Shown here one piece after another: positions 28,699 through 39,461 of a stretch of 64,000 nucleotides of DNA. The DNA is from Phycisphaeraceae bacterium. GTDB lineage: Bacteria > Planctomycetota > Phycisphaerae > Phycisphaerales > Phycisphaeraceae. Below the pieces are notes generated by a model that saw only the letters and a program-made list of their open reading frames with translations, did no database searches and was not told the origin of the DNA. The stretch is from NCBI GenBank assembly GCA_963674705.1, contig OY771506.1, positions 160,001 to 224,000 of the forward strand. The letters run 5' to 3'. The first letter of the stretch is position 1. Each line of letters starts with the position of its first letter. Made by a program: the position numbers and the translations under genes.

Positions 28699-30969
28699 AT
28701 GAAACGAACCGCCACGATCCGATATGGTGTGCTCCTGACTGCGGTATTCGCGACCGCTGCGATCTTTCTAGCCCCCCCACCGCCGACCGTCAGCGCCCAA
28801 GCCGTCGCGACCGATCTGGATGCGCTGGCTGAAAGTGGGCGATTCGACGAGGTACTGGGCTACCTGCGCGAAAACGAGACGAATCCCAACCAGGGTGCCG
28901 TACAAAGCCTGATCGAAGACCTCGAGCGATATCAGCGCAATGACGCGATGCGCGTGCAGCAGAAGCGCGAGGCATACGACGAGGCGGTCGCCGAACTCGA
29001 AGAGTACATTCAAAAAAACGATCTCGAAAAAGCGATCATCGCGGCTGTCAAGGCGCATGGATTCGCTGAAGACCCGGCCGCCTTGCTCGGTGATGTGCGT
29101 GTGGTCCGCCTGGTCGATCAAACACTGACCAAGGCGAAGGAATCTGAAGAGAAGGACGACTGGCTGGAAGCCTTGGCGCTGTACCGGGCGCTTGACCTGC
29201 TGTTCGAAGAAAGCAACGAATACCAGGATGAGGTAAATCGAGCAGCACAGCATATCCGTGTGCTGCAGCTTTATGCCCCGAAGCAACTGCAATCGCTTTA
29301 CGATCAGCGAGCGGCCAGCCGGGGTGAAGAAGAAAAAGCCGAGGACGAGCCACAGTTAGAACTCGAGGACTGGCACTCGCGTCTGCTAGGCGTGCGTAAA
29401 TCGATGCTTCGGCAGACGATCAGCCACACGACACGCAAGCACGTTGAATTTCGTGACCTGACACCCTTGATGCAGGGCGCGGTCGATGCATTGATCGTCA
29501 TGTTGGACACCCAAGGGTTGGAAGAATCCTTCCCGGCCTTCAGTGACAAAGACAACGTCGCACGTTTCCGGGATTATCTTGCGCACCTGAGCATCTCGCT
29601 TCAGGAGCCCGGCAAAGATGTGACTCGAAGCGACGCCGACACGATGATCGAGCGCATTCTGGATACGAATAAATCTACACTCGATCTGCCTGAAGAAGTC
29701 GTTGTTTATGAACTGACCGAAGGGTTGACCGGTTCGCTGGACGACTTCTCAAGCGTGATCTGGCCCGAGGAACGCGAGACGTTCAGCCGCAGCACGCAAG
29801 GCAACTTCTCCGGCATCGGCGTGCAGATCACCAAGCGCGACGGACGGCTGATGGTCGTGAGTCCGCTGGAAAATACCCCCGCCATGAAAGCGGGACTCAA
29901 AGCCGGTGACGTCATCGCACGGGTCGAAGGCAAGAAGACGGACACGTGGAGCCTGAACCGTGCGGTGCAGGAAATCACCGGGCCACGCGGGACCAACGTC
30001 AGCCTCGGTATCGAACGGCCGGGCGAAGCGGATATGATCGAATACACGATCACGCGCGACCAGATCGAAATCGAATCGATCCGTGGCTGGACGCACAAGC
30101 CCGAGGGCGGCTGGGATTACTGGATCGATCCGACTGACCGCATCGGGTACATCCGCTTGTCGCAATTCATCCCGCAGACCGCCGAAGACCTCGACGCCGC
30201 AATCGCGCAGATGCAGGAAGACGGCCCGATCAACGGCCTGATCCTCGACCTGCGTTTTAACCCGGGCGGATTGCTCAGCTCAGCGATCGATGTGTCGGAC
30301 CGTTTCGTTATCGATGGGCCGATCGTCTCGACCGTTGATGGTGATGACAATTACTCACCGCCCTACCGTGCGCATCGCTTGAAGACGTATCCGGCGTTCG
30401 ACATGGTTGTGCTTATCAACCAGGGCTCAGCCAGTGCAAGCGAGATCGTCTCCGGTGCGTTGCAGGATTATCACCGTGCGATCGTCATCGGCACACGCAG
30501 CTTTGGTAAGGGTTCCGTGCAGGATCTGTTTCCCCTGACCACGAACGGCGCTGCATATCTGAAACTGACGACGCAGTACTACATGCTACCCAGCAAGCGG
30601 ATCATCCACCGCAAGCCGAACGCAAAAACCTGGGGCATCGAGCCCGACCTGGAAGTCGACATGACGACGCGCCAGGTGGCGGACGCGTTGCAGTTGCGTC
30701 AAGAAGTCGACATCATCCGTGATGAGGGTGAACCTGTCACCGCAGAGGTTGAACGGCCTTGGGCGGCGGAACGCTTCCGCGTGCCCGGCGCAGAACCCGT
30801 CGCGGACGGCAAGAATCCTGACGGGACCGACCGCGAAGTCGTTGAGATCGTAAAACCAGAAGCGAGTATGCTGCTTGACCTGGGTCTTGATGCTCAGCTC
30901 GAGACCGCCCTGCTGGTGCTCAAGACGCGGGTCGCGTCGAACCAGATCCAGATGGCGCAGGGGCAGTAG
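28699..30969 (+). CDS. S41 carboxyl-terminal processing protease
   Basis: FSGIGVQI PDZ, IGYIRLSQF, LDLRFNPGG, SASASEIVSGALQD and FGKGSVQ. Confidence 0.93.
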   Translation: MKRTATIRYGVLLTAVFATAAIFLAPPPPTVSAQAVATDLDALAESGRFDEVLGYLRENETNPNQGAVQSLIEDLERYQRNDAMRVQQKREAYDEAVAELEEYIQKNDLEKAIIAAVKAHGFAEDPAALLGDVRVVRLVDQTLTKAKESEEKDDWLEALALYRALDLLFEESNEYQDEVNRAAQHIRVLQLYAPKQLQSLYDQRAASRGEEEKAEDEPQLELEDWHSRLLGVRKSMLRQTISHTTRKHVEFRDLTPLMQGAVDALIVMLDTQGLEESFPAFSDKDNVARFRDYLAHLSISLQEPGKDVTRSDADTMIERILDTNKSTLDLPEEVVVYELTEGLTGSLDDFSSVIWPEERETFSRSTQGNFSGIGVQITKRDGRLMVVSPLENTPAMKAGLKAGDVIARVEGKKTDTWSLNRAVQEITGPRGTNVSLGIERPGEADMIEYTITRDQIEIESIRGWTHKPEGGWDYWIDPTDRIGYIRLSQFIPQTAEDLDAAIAQMQEDGPINGLILDLRFNPGGLLSSAIDVSDRFVIDGPIVSTVDGDDNYSPPYRAHRLKTYPAFDMVVLINQGSASASEIVSGALQDYHRAIVIGTRSFGKGSVQDLFPLTTNGAAYLKLTTQYYMLPSKRIIHRKPNAKTWGIEPDLEVDMTTRQVADALQLRQEVDIIRDEGEPVTAEVERPWAAERFRVPGAEPVADGKNPDGTDREVVEIVKPEASMLLDLGLDAQLETALLVLKTRVASNQIQMAQGQ

Positions 30970-31012
30970 TCTTCCCCAGCTTCCCCATGCTGTGAGGTAT
31001 CAAATAAACCAG

Positions 31013-31045
31013 ACCGCACACGACTTAGTTGTGTGCGGTTTTTTT
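31013..31045 (+). terminator. Intrinsic terminator after the S41 protease gene
   Basis: ACCGCACACGAC/GTTGTGTGCGGT hairpin followed by a T run. Confidence 0.75.
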
Positions 31046-31112
31046 ATTGATTTCGAACTTGGGCATGCTAAGCTGGCCGGGACAAAACCCATCAAAGGAC
31101 CGGGAATATCTT

Positions 31113-33500
31113 ATGACGCCGTACCGCTTAGTCTCCGGCCACGCCTTGGCGCTGGGCCTATCGATTGTTGTTTTCATCCCAGCTACTCCCTCAGAAGCAG
31201 CGATCGTCGTGTCGGGAGACATCACGCCGACCTATGATGATTCAGACCCGTGGGAGGTTGGTGGCAATCTCGTTGTCGGCTATAACGCCCCGGCAACACT
31301 GCAGGTCGACGCAGCCAGCGTGGTGAACAGCGCGAGCGGGATTCTTGCCGCGTATGATTCGTCAAGCGGTGAGGTCACCGTCAGCGGGTCCGGGTCGGCA
31401 TGGAACAACTCGGGGGCTCTTCTGGTCGGTCGCGCGGGAACGGGCACGCTGAATATCGAGAACGGCGGAACCGTCACCAACCAGTCCTACGGCTATCTCG
31501 GCCTCGGTGAAACCACTACAGGCACCGTCAATGTCACAGGTGCGGGCTCGGTCTGGAACAACCAGAGTGAACTGCATATCGGGCGTTTCGGCTCAGGCAT
31601 CCTGAATGTCGAAAACGGGGCGACGGTAAGCAATGTTAGCGAAGGCTATCTCGGTTACGCGATCGGCTCGACCGGCACCGTCAACGTCACGGGTCCCGGC
31701 TCGGTGTGGGATGCCCTCGATGCTTTATACGTCGGTAACATCGGCGACGGCGTCCTGAACATCCAGAACGGCGCTTCGGTGAGCAATACCGGAGAAAGCA
31801 GGATCGGTCGCTATACCGGCTCGACGGGTATAGTCACTGTCACGGGAACTGGCTCGGTGTGGGACATCGCCGACAGACTTTTCATCGGTAGCCTTGGCGC
31901 CGGCACGCTGAACATTGAAAACGGCGCCACGGTAAACTCGGGCGGAACAAGCTATATCGGTTTCTCTATCGGCGTAACGAACACAGTCACGGTCACGGGG
32001 GCCGGCTCGGAATGGAACCTCGCCACTTTTCTAGATGTCGGCAGTCTCGGCGAAGGCACGCTGAACATCCTCGACGGCGGTGTGGTGGAAACCCGGGGCA
32101 GTAGCAGTAGTGATATCGGAGTGGGCTCCGGGTCCCACGGTACGGTAAACGTCGATGACTCACGCTTGAGCATTCTTTTCGAAGATCTGAATGTCGGGTA
32201 TCACGGCACGGGTGAACTGAACATCAGCAATGGTGGGCGTGTAAGCAATATTGAAGGAAGGATCGGGTATCAGCCCACCGGGGTCGGCACGGCACGTGTC
32301 GGCGGCGGATCGGTCTGGGAGCTTTCGGAAGCCCTGTTCGTCGGGTACGAAGGCCGGGGCACGCTGTTCATCGAGGCCGGTGGCCAGATCGAGAGCGCCG
32401 CCGGGGTGCTCGGTCATAGAGCCGGTTCGGTGGGTATGGCCACAGTTACCGGCGCCGGCTCGATATGGAATTGCCGTTTCGGGATGCGGGTGGGACAATA
32501 CACAGGCCAATGCACCCTGCTGATCGAGAACGGGGGTGTCGTCAATGCCCCGAACAGTGTCATCGGTTATGACTCCGGCCTGGATAATACCGCCACCGTC
32601 ACGGGCGTCGGCTCGGTATGGAACTGTTCGGACTTGTTGACGGTTGGGCTTAAAGGGCAAGGCACACTCACGATCGACGACGGCGCCACGGTCTCGGTGG
32701 GCAATCAACTTACACTCGGCGAAGAGACCGAGGGGATAGGCGTCGTCAACCTCGCGGGGGGCACGCTTGACCTGAATGGCGGTGAACTCGCGGCTGGGCT
32801 GGGTGATGCTACCTTCAACTTCACCGGCGGCACGCTTAAAAACGCAGGCTCGATCCAGCTTGGACAACCATTCGTTCAAGATGGTGGCACCCTCGCGCCG
32901 GGCGGGTCGATCGGGCAGATGGGTATCGAAGGAAATTACGATCTCAACGCCGGCACGCTGGAAGTCGAACTCGGTGGCATGGGTAATCCCATCGACCTGG
33001 TTACCGTCACCAGTGACATCGACATCGCAAACACCGATACCACGCTCGATCTGCAAGCCCTAGGTCCGATGGCTGCGGGAACATATACAGTATTGGAATC
33101 GACCGCCGGAACGATCACCGGCATGTTCGAGAATGTCAGCGCGCTAAACCTCTTTGGTGTCAACGTTACCGTGAACAACACAGGCAACGCTATCACCGTC
33201 ACGCTCGACAGCGACCTGGTCTTTGCGGACCCGAACCTCGATGGCTTCGTCGGCATTGATGATCTGGACATCGTGCTGAACCACTGGAATCAAACCGTCA
33301 CCGCCGGCGATATCTTGTCCGGTGATCTGGATGGCGATGGCTTCGTGGGTCTCAATGACCTGGATGCGGTGCTGAACAATTGGAACGCGGGGACGTTGCC
33401 TCCGGAAACAGCGAATGTCATCCCCGAGCCCAGCAGCGTTGGCTTGATGCTACTGAGCGTATTCGGTATCTGCCGACGGGGTTGGACGCGGGCGGCGTAG
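31113..33500 (+). CDS. PEP-CTERM surface protein with T5SS/PEP-CTERM-associated beta repeats and dockerin-like module
   Basis: Signal peptide; about ten ~45-aa repeats (G.GTLNIENGGTV....GT V.VTG.GS.W); DPNLDGFVG/GDLDGDGFVG; IPEPSSV..CRR. Confidence 0.88.
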   Translation: MTPYRLVSGHALALGLSIVVFIPATPSEAAIVVSGDITPTYDDSDPWEVGGNLVVGYNAPATLQVDAASVVNSASGILAAYDSSSGEVTVSGSGSAWNNSGALLVGRAGTGTLNIENGGTVTNQSYGYLGLGETTTGTVNVTGAGSVWNNQSELHIGRFGSGILNVENGATVSNVSEGYLGYAIGSTGTVNVTGPGSVWDALDALYVGNIGDGVLNIQNGASVSNTGESRIGRYTGSTGIVTVTGTGSVWDIADRLFIGSLGAGTLNIENGATVNSGGTSYIGFSIGVTNTVTVTGAGSEWNLATFLDVGSLGEGTLNILDGGVVETRGSSSSDIGVGSGSHGTVNVDDSRLSILFEDLNVGYHGTGELNISNGGRVSNIEGRIGYQPTGVGTARVGGGSVWELSEALFVGYEGRGTLFIEAGGQIESAAGVLGHRAGSVGMATVTGAGSIWNCRFGMRVGQYTGQCTLLIENGGVVNAPNSVIGYDSGLDNTATVTGVGSVWNCSDLLTVGLKGQGTLTIDDGATVSVGNQLTLGEETEGIGVVNLAGGTLDLNGGELAAGLGDATFNFTGGTLKNAGSIQLGQPFVQDGGTLAPGGSIGQMGIEGNYDLNAGTLEVELGGMGNPIDLVTVTSDIDIANTDTTLDLQALGPMAAGTYTVLESTAGTITGMFENVSALNLFGVNVTVNNTGNAITVTLDSDLVFADPNLDGFVGIDDLDIVLNHWNQTVTAGDILSGDLDGDGFVGLNDLDAVLNNWNAGTLPPETANVIPEPSSVGLMLLSVFGICRRGWTRAA

Positions 33501-33631
33501 ACCGATCGGCCACACCTGTTTTGCGGTCAGGCTATTGCCTGCGGTGGACGCCACTTCAGCGCTCAGCCCTCAGTACAGCCTCATCGCCCCCCTACCCGAC
33601 ACCCGCTACCCGATCCGCTACAATCTCCGTT

Positions 33632-34738
33632 ATGGCAGGTAACAGTTTCGGACAGCTATTTCGTGTGACGACCGCCGGTGAGAGTCATGGGCCGGGGAAC
33701 GTGTGCATTATTGATGGCGTCCCGCCGGGGCTTGAGTTGAGCGAGGAAGACCTGCTGCCGGATTTGGCGCGCAGGCGGCCGGGGCAGTCGAAGATCACGA
33801 CGCAACGCGATGAGCCGGATTACCCGCAGATCCTTTCGGGCGTGTTCGAAGGCAAAACGACCGGCACGAGCATCGCCATCCTGATCGCCAACAAGGACCA
33901 GCGCTCGCGCGACTACGGCGACATCAAAGACAAGTACCGCCCGGGTCATGCTGATTACACATTCGACGCTAAATACGGCCGGCGCGATTACCGCGGTGGT
34001 GGCCGCAGCAGCGCACGCGAAACAACCGTGCGCGTCGCCGCCGGCGCGGTTGCCAAGAAACTCTTAGCCGAAGCGCACGGCATCAACATCGTCGGCTTCG
34101 TCACACAAGTTGGCGCTATCGTTGCCGATATCCCGAACCCGCAATGCATCACACTCGAACAAGTCGAATCAAACATCGTGCGCTGCCCGGATAACGAAGC
34201 GGCGCAAAAGATGATCGACCTGATCGAAAAGATGCGAAGCGAACGCGACTCGATCGGCGGCATCGCACAGATCGTCGCGACAAACGTCCCACCCGGCTGG
34301 GGCGAACCTGTCTTCGACAAACTCAAAGCCGACTTAGGCAAAGCCATGTTCAGTTTGCCCGCGGTGCTGGGTGTTGAATATGGTATCGGTTTCGGATGCG
34401 CCACACTACGCGGCACGGAAAACAACGACACGTTCGTGCCCGCCCCTCAAGCCTCAAGCCCCAAGCCTCAAGCCATCACAACTTCAACCAACCGCCACGG
34501 CGGCATGCTCGGCGGTATCAGTTCCGGTCAGCCGATCGTTCTGCGTTGTGCGATCAAACCCACAAGCAGTCTGCCGCAAGATCAGAACACCGTGACGCGC
34601 GACGGCGAGCCTACCACAATATCTACAAAAGGCCGTCACGACCCCTGCCTGCTGCCGCGTTTCATCCCGATGGGCGAAGCGATGGTCGCGATCGTGTTAG
34701 CCGATCACATGCTGCGGCAGCGGGCACAGTGCGGGTAA
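33632..34738 (+). CDS. aroC: Chorismate synthase
   Basis: TTAGESHG, RPGHADYT, GGGRSSARET, GGISSG and GRHDPC. Confidence 0.98.
   Translation: MAGNSFGQLFRVTTAGESHGPGNVCIIDGVPPGLELSEEDLLPDLARRRPGQSKITTQRDEPDYPQILSGVFEGKTTGTSIAILIANKDQRSRDYGDIKDKYRPGHADYTFDAKYGRRDYRGGGRSSARETTVRVAAGAVAKKLLAEAHGINIVGFVTQVGAIVADIPNPQCITLEQVESNIVRCPDNEAAQKMIDLIEKMRSERDSIGGIAQIVATNVPPGWGEPVFDKLKADLGKAMFSLPAVLGVEYGIGFGCATLRGTENNDTFVPAPQASSPKPQAITTSTNRHGGMLGGISSGQPIVLRCAIKPTSSLPQDQNTVTRDGEPTTISTKGRHDPCLLPRFIPMGEAMVAIVLADHMLRQRAQCG
34445..34474 (+). repeat. (CCTCAAG)x4 heptamer tandem repeat inside aroC
   Basis: cctcaag cctcaag ccccaag cctcaag cc, encoding PQASSPKPQA. Confidence 0.8.
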
Positions 34739-34879
34739 ATCCCTGTCAAATAGAGTTAATCTAGATAAAACGCCCTGCTAGCGATAATGACTCACTTGCA
34801 GGTCTGGTTTTTCATTGAATCAAGACCTTATTATGTTAAACTGGCCATGACTTATTAATTCTCAAACCGGGAGACTAGC

Positions 34880-36637
34880 ATGCACACCCGAAGCCCCCTT
34901 CTCGGCCCCGCCTACGTGTTGGCCCTGTCGATCACGCTATTGAGTTTGGCACCACCGGCCACAGGTGCAATCACGGTTACGGGAGATGTCACACCAACGT
35001 ACGACGGCACCGACCCGTGGGATGAAACGGGTACACACTTTTATATAGGCGAAACGACTGATGGATCACTCACCATAGACAATGGCAGCGAGGTCTACAG
35101 CGGGACTGCCTCCATCGGTGATGGAGGTAACGGCACAGTCACCGTTACCGGAGTGGGCTCGCTATGGGATACTCGATACGTTCACCCGATTTTCCATGGC
35201 AGTTCATGTTTGAGTGTGGGTTCTGGATCCACTGGCGTTCTGAATATTGAAAACGGAGCAGTAGTACAGTCCTTCGGCGCAAGCATAAGCGGTACTTCCG
35301 GTTCGGAAGGAACTGTTACTGTCACGGGTCCCGGATCAAGGTGGGAGATATCTCCTGACAGTATCTTTAGTTCACACCAGGGTGTAAGCATCGGTGGTCA
35401 GCTTAATATCCTGGATGGGGGCGTGGTCACCGATAATAATGTCGAGTCTTTAATGGTGAGTACAAGCGGTTCGATCAATATCAGCGGTGCAGGATCGACT
35501 TTGTCTACATCATTTGACACCGAGTTGAAGAACACAGTAATCGCTGACGGTGGCAAACTTGTAAGTGTGTTTAATATCTTGCTAAGTGGAGTTGCTAGCA
35601 CCACGAGAGTGACTGGGGCTGGTTCATCTATGGATACACCTGACTTGTATGTTGTTGAATCTACTTTACTCATTGAGAATGCCGGCTATGTCAAAAGTGA
35701 TTATGCTACCATCGGAGGTACTGCCGAACCGAGCACCGTGACCGTCACCGGCTTCGATACAGCCTGGGAATCTGATAATCTAGATGTCTATTACGGAGGT
35801 GTAATCAATATAGAAAATGGTGGACGTGTTTTTGTAGGATGGGGGGTTTTTTTCCCGGAACCTACTAATACCGCCCTTACGGAGCCTGGCACGATCAATC
35901 TTACGGGCGGCACGCTGGACCTCAACGACAACTACATGATCTGCAGGGCTGATGATGTGGCATTCAACTTCACCGGTGGGACGCTGCTGAACGCGAAGGC
36001 TATCAGACTCGAACACCCCTTCGTCCAGAACGGCGGCACACTCGCACCGGGCGGATCGATCGGACAGACGGACATCGAGGGGGATTACGACCTGAACGCC
36101 GGTACACTTGAAATCGAACTCGGCGGCGTGGGTGATCCCATTGATCTTGTCACCGCCACAGCAGATATCGACATCGCAAGCACCGATACCACCTTGGACC
36201 TGCGAGCCTTAGGTCCGATGGCGGCGGGAACCTATACCGTGTTGGAATCGACCGGCGGGACGATCACAGGCATGTTCGAAAACATCAGCCCGTTCAACCT
36301 CTTCGGCGTCAACGTCACCGTGAACAATACCGGCAGCGCAGTTACAGTCACACTCGATAGCGATTTGATCTTTGCCGACCCCAACGGCGACGGCTTTGTC
36401 GAGCTCGACGACCTGGATATCGTGTTAAGCCATTGGAACCAGACCGTCACCGCCGGCGACATCTTGTCCGGCGATCTCGATGGTGATGGCTTTGTTGGCC
36501 TCGACGACTTGGACGCGATACTGACGCATTGGAACGAAGGCACGCCGCCGACGGAAGTCTTGGCAAGTGTGCCGGAGCCCGCCACGGCGGTGATATTGTT
36601 TGCGGGGATTAGCGCACTATTGAAAAAGCGTTTGTGA
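34880..36637 (+). CDS. Paralogous PEP-CTERM surface protein (T5SS/PEP-CTERM repeats, dockerin-like module)
   Basis: Same N-terminal (ITVTGDVTPTYD..DPW) and C-terminal ~230-aa blocks as 31113-33500; VPEPATA..KKR. Confidence 0.88.
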   Translation: MHTRSPLLGPAYVLALSITLLSLAPPATGAITVTGDVTPTYDGTDPWDETGTHFYIGETTDGSLTIDNGSEVYSGTASIGDGGNGTVTVTGVGSLWDTRYVHPIFHGSSCLSVGSGSTGVLNIENGAVVQSFGASISGTSGSEGTVTVTGPGSRWEISPDSIFSSHQGVSIGGQLNILDGGVVTDNNVESLMVSTSGSINISGAGSTLSTSFDTELKNTVIADGGKLVSVFNILLSGVASTTRVTGAGSSMDTPDLYVVESTLLIENAGYVKSDYATIGGTAEPSTVTVTGFDTAWESDNLDVYYGGVINIENGGRVFVGWGVFFPEPTNTALTEPGTINLTGGTLDLNDNYMICRADDVAFNFTGGTLLNAKAIRLEHPFVQNGGTLAPGGSIGQTDIEGDYDLNAGTLEIELGGVGDPIDLVTATADIDIASTDTTLDLRALGPMAAGTYTVLESTGGTITGMFENISPFNLFGVNVTVNNTGSAVTVTLDSDLIFADPNGDGFVELDDLDIVLSHWNQTVTAGDILSGDLDGDGFVGLDDLDAILTHWNEGTPPTEVLASVPEPATAVILFAGISALLKKRL

Positions 36638-36751
36638 GTGGAACTGCCGGCAGCAAGCTGCACGGCTAAACGGGGGGATGGACCGTTAGCCGTTAGCCGT
36701 TAGATTTAGAGCGCATTGCCGTATGCAGGCGGGATCGTCTATGCTGGTGCA

Positions 36752-37207
36752 ATGCGAGTACTTCTACAACGTGTCAGCAAAGGTTCGGTTACCGTCGAGG
36801 GTGAGGTGGTCGGCGAGGTTGGGGATGGTTATGTTCTGCTTGTTGGGATCGCGGACGGGGATACACAGGCGATCGCGGACAAGCTGGCGGAGAAGGTGGT
36901 GAACCTGCGGATTTTCTCGGATGATTCGGGGAAGTTTGATTTATCGTTATTGGACGTTGAGGGCGGGGCGCTGGTGATCTCGCAGTTTACGTTGTATGGC
37001 GATGCACGTAAGGGGCGTCGACCGAGCTTTATACAGGCGGCGAGGCCTGAGGTGGCGGAGCCTTTGTGTGATTACTTCGCGGATAAGCTGAGGGCTCTGG
37101 GGATTCAGCACGTGGCCACAGGGCGGTTTGGCGCCAGCATGCGGGTCGAGATCATCAATGAGGGGCCGGTGACGCTGATGCTTGATAGCGATGTGTTGGG
37201 CAAGTGA
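36752..37207 (+). CDS. dtd: D-aminoacyl-tRNA deacylase
   Basis: [20 protein letters not shown] and NEGPVT. Confidence 0.96.
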   Translation: MRVLLQRVSKGSVTVEGEVVGEVGDGYVLLVGIADGDTQAIADKLAEKVVNLRIFSDDSGKFDLSLLDVEGGALVISQFTLYGDARKGRRPSFIQAARPEVAEPLCDYFADKLRALGIQHVATGRFGASMRVEIINEGPVTLMLDSDVLGK

Positions 37208-37271
37208 AAGACCGCAGCCTGCATTGATAAAACCGATTGATTATCGGAACAGGCAACTCACTTCATCAGAT

Positions 37272-37298
37272 TCAGAGGCGCTTAAATAGAGCCGATGT
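37272..37298 (+). promoter_or_regulatory. sigma28/FliA-like promoter of the REC-HD-GYP operon
   Basis: TCAG-N15-GCCGATGT. Confidence 0.55.
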
Positions 37299-37370
37299 AA
37301 TGGTATATCAAAGCGCTCCTTTCGCATGGAGCGCGGCCTTGTGTTACCTGTCGACTTGAGGAGGCATCTG

Positions 37371-37793
37371 GTGACGGAGCGAGCGAAGACCATCCTGATC
37401 GTGGATGACGAGCCGCATATTGTGCACATCATCCGGTACAAGCTGGAGCGATCCGGTTACCGAGTAGAGGTCGCGGACGATGGCGAGGCCGGTTTCGAAA
37501 CAGCTCAGACACTCGACCCCGACCTGATCGTGACGGACTTCCAGATGCCTGTGCTCAGCGGGTATGAGATGTGTGTCAAGCTGCACGCATCAGAACTGAC
37601 AGCCGACACACCTGTGATCATGGTCACCGCTCGTGGGCATAAGCTGTCCGCCGAAGAGTTGGAGAAGACCAATATCCGACAGATGCTGTGCAAGCCGTTC
37701 AGCGCCAGGGAATTGCTGGACGTGATCGATGAACTTCTCAGCGACAGTGACTCCGGGGAAAGTGGTTATCAAAACGAGGCGGACGCGGCATGA
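37371..37793 (+). CDS. Single-domain response regulator (receiver only)
   Basis: ILIVDDE, TDFQMP, VTARG and KPFS; GAGGAGG RBS before GTG. Confidence 0.9.
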   Translation: MTERAKTILIVDDEPHIVHIIRYKLERSGYRVEVADDGEAGFETAQTLDPDLIVTDFQMPVLSGYEMCVKLHASELTADTPVIMVTARGHKLSAEELEKTNIRQMLCKPFSARELLDVIDELLSDSDSGESGYQNEADAA

Positions 37794-39421
37794 ATATTCT
37801 GCAAGGGCCGGGCTATCAAACTGGATATACCAAGGCTCTTGCCGAACGATGCGAGGTGCTGCGGCTGGCGTGTTGGTACTTGCCTGCAAGCACGAACGAC
37901 CTTAATCCGCCGGCGGTGGATGATTCGGCGGCAAAGTTACTCACATCATCAGCGATGCAGGATCGTGTATCGCAACACATCGAATCCTGGCTTTCACAGG
38001 AAGAAACCTCCGCGGTTGAAATCGAAGCCGGTTGCTGGTTGCTACCTGTTGTATTGCGTAAGCGTCGCAGGGTGACAGCGATTGTAGCGGGGATCACGTT
38101 CGGAGCCGGCGTATTCGACAGTGCGTGGTTTGCTGATATTTGTCAGGCAGCACAAATCGATCCGCGGCAAGGCCGGGAAGCACTTGCCAAGTACACCTGG
38201 CCGGGGGATGTGGATCTGAACCTGTTAACCGGTGCGTTCGAGAAAGCCGTCGAAGATCACACACAGGCAGAGAGTAGCGCCGCGATCATGGACGACTTCA
38301 GCGAGCAGTTGCTGGAGACATACGAGCAGACGAACCTGCTGTTCCGCCTGGCGCGATACATGAACAGCCTGGAGGACCCGAAGGAACTGATACCGGCCTG
38401 CTGTTCACAGATACTTCCAATATTCCCCTTCCGCTGGATCGCGGTGAAGTTCTGGGAGCAGGGGCATCAAGTCAAGGGCTTGACCGGCCGTCAGTTCATC
38501 ACAGGCGAATTGCCGTGTGACAGTAATGAGTTTGAAAAAGCGGTGATTCAGCAGTTCAGCATGAATGGTGAAGGCGACTGGACGCGCCTAATTGAGCCGG
38601 GCAACGGGCGCGTGGCGGACCTGGTTGGCTCCGAGGTTATCGTCGAAACCATCAAACACGATACCGAAGTTGTCGGTGTGTTGATGACGGGTAACAAGCG
38701 TGGCTCCTGCCCGATGGAAAGCGATGTAACCAGCGGTGAGATGCTTTTCTTCGAAGCAGCGTCGAACATGATCGGCGTCTTCCACGAGAACATCGCACGC
38801 TTCGAGGACCTCCGGGATATGTTCAAGGGCACGCTCCGTGCTCTGACCGCTGCCATCGATGCGAAAGACCCCTATACTCGAGGTCACTCCGAACGTGTGG
38901 CATACCTGGCCGCCCGCCTTGCGGAGAAGATGGGGCTTGATAAGCCGGAGGTCGAACGCGTTCATACGACCGGCCTGGTGCACGATGTGGGTAAGATCGG
39001 TGTACCCGGCCACGTGCTGAGCAAGCCCGGGCGCTTGACGGATGAAGAATTCGGCTTGATTAAAAAGCATCCGACTATCGGTTATGAAATCCTCAAGGAC
39101 ATCCCGGCATTGGAAACGATGCTGCCGGGTGTGCTGCACCACCACGAACGCTGGGACGGCCGGGGCTATCCGCACGGTTTGTCGGGTGAAGCTATACCGA
39201 TGCTCGGACGTATCCTGGCATTGGCGGACACGTTCGATGCGATGAGCTCGACGCGCTCGTACCGCCCCGCCCTGCCGCGCGACACGGTCCTGGAAGAAAT
39301 CCGCAATTGTGCCGGCACACAGTTCGATCCGAAACTGGCGCCGCTTTTCGTTGAGTTGGACCTCAGTGAATATGACAGGCTGGTCGAAGCCCATCGTTCC
39401 TTAAGCGTGTTCGCGGCCTAG
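37790..39421 (+). CDS. HD-GYP c-di-GMP phosphodiesterase with N-terminal sensory/GAF-like region
   Basis: AKDPYTRGHSERV, HDVGKIG, HHERWDGRGYP and ADTFDAM; ATGA-coupled to the receiver gene. Confidence 0.93.
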   Translation: MNILQGPGYQTGYTKALAERCEVLRLACWYLPASTNDLNPPAVDDSAAKLLTSSAMQDRVSQHIESWLSQEETSAVEIEAGCWLLPVVLRKRRRVTAIVAGITFGAGVFDSAWFADICQAAQIDPRQGREALAKYTWPGDVDLNLLTGAFEKAVEDHTQAESSAAIMDDFSEQLLETYEQTNLLFRLARYMNSLEDPKELIPACCSQILPIFPFRWIAVKFWEQGHQVKGLTGRQFITGELPCDSNEFEKAVIQQFSMNGEGDWTRLIEPGNGRVADLVGSEVIVETIKHDTEVVGVLMTGNKRGSCPMESDVTSGEMLFFEAASNMIGVFHENIARFEDLRDMFKGTLRALTAAIDAKDPYTRGHSERVAYLAARLAEKMGLDKPEVERVHTTGLVHDVGKIGVPGHVLSKPGRLTDEEFGLIKKHPTIGYEILKDIPALETMLPGVLHHHERWDGRGYPHGLSGEAIPMLGRILALADTFDAMSSTRSYRPALPRDTVLEEIRNCAGTQFDPKLAPLFVELDLSEYDRLVEAHRSLSVFAA

Positions 39422-39461
39422 AATGATCCAGGCATTTGCCAGGTATCCCAATCCGTCACGC

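Noticed and set aside
27126..28715. 529-aa antisense ORF, and similar long antisense ORFs such as 61631-62860, 14290-15210 and 32160-33056
   Set aside because: They are shadows of well-supported genes on the opposite strand, as expected from high-GC codon bias.
31113..36637. Diversity-generating retroelement TR/VR pair or CRISPR-like array
   Set aside because: Differences between the duplicated blocks look mostly synonymous, not adenine-specific. No reverse transcriptase, cas gene or repeat-spacer array is visible in the window.
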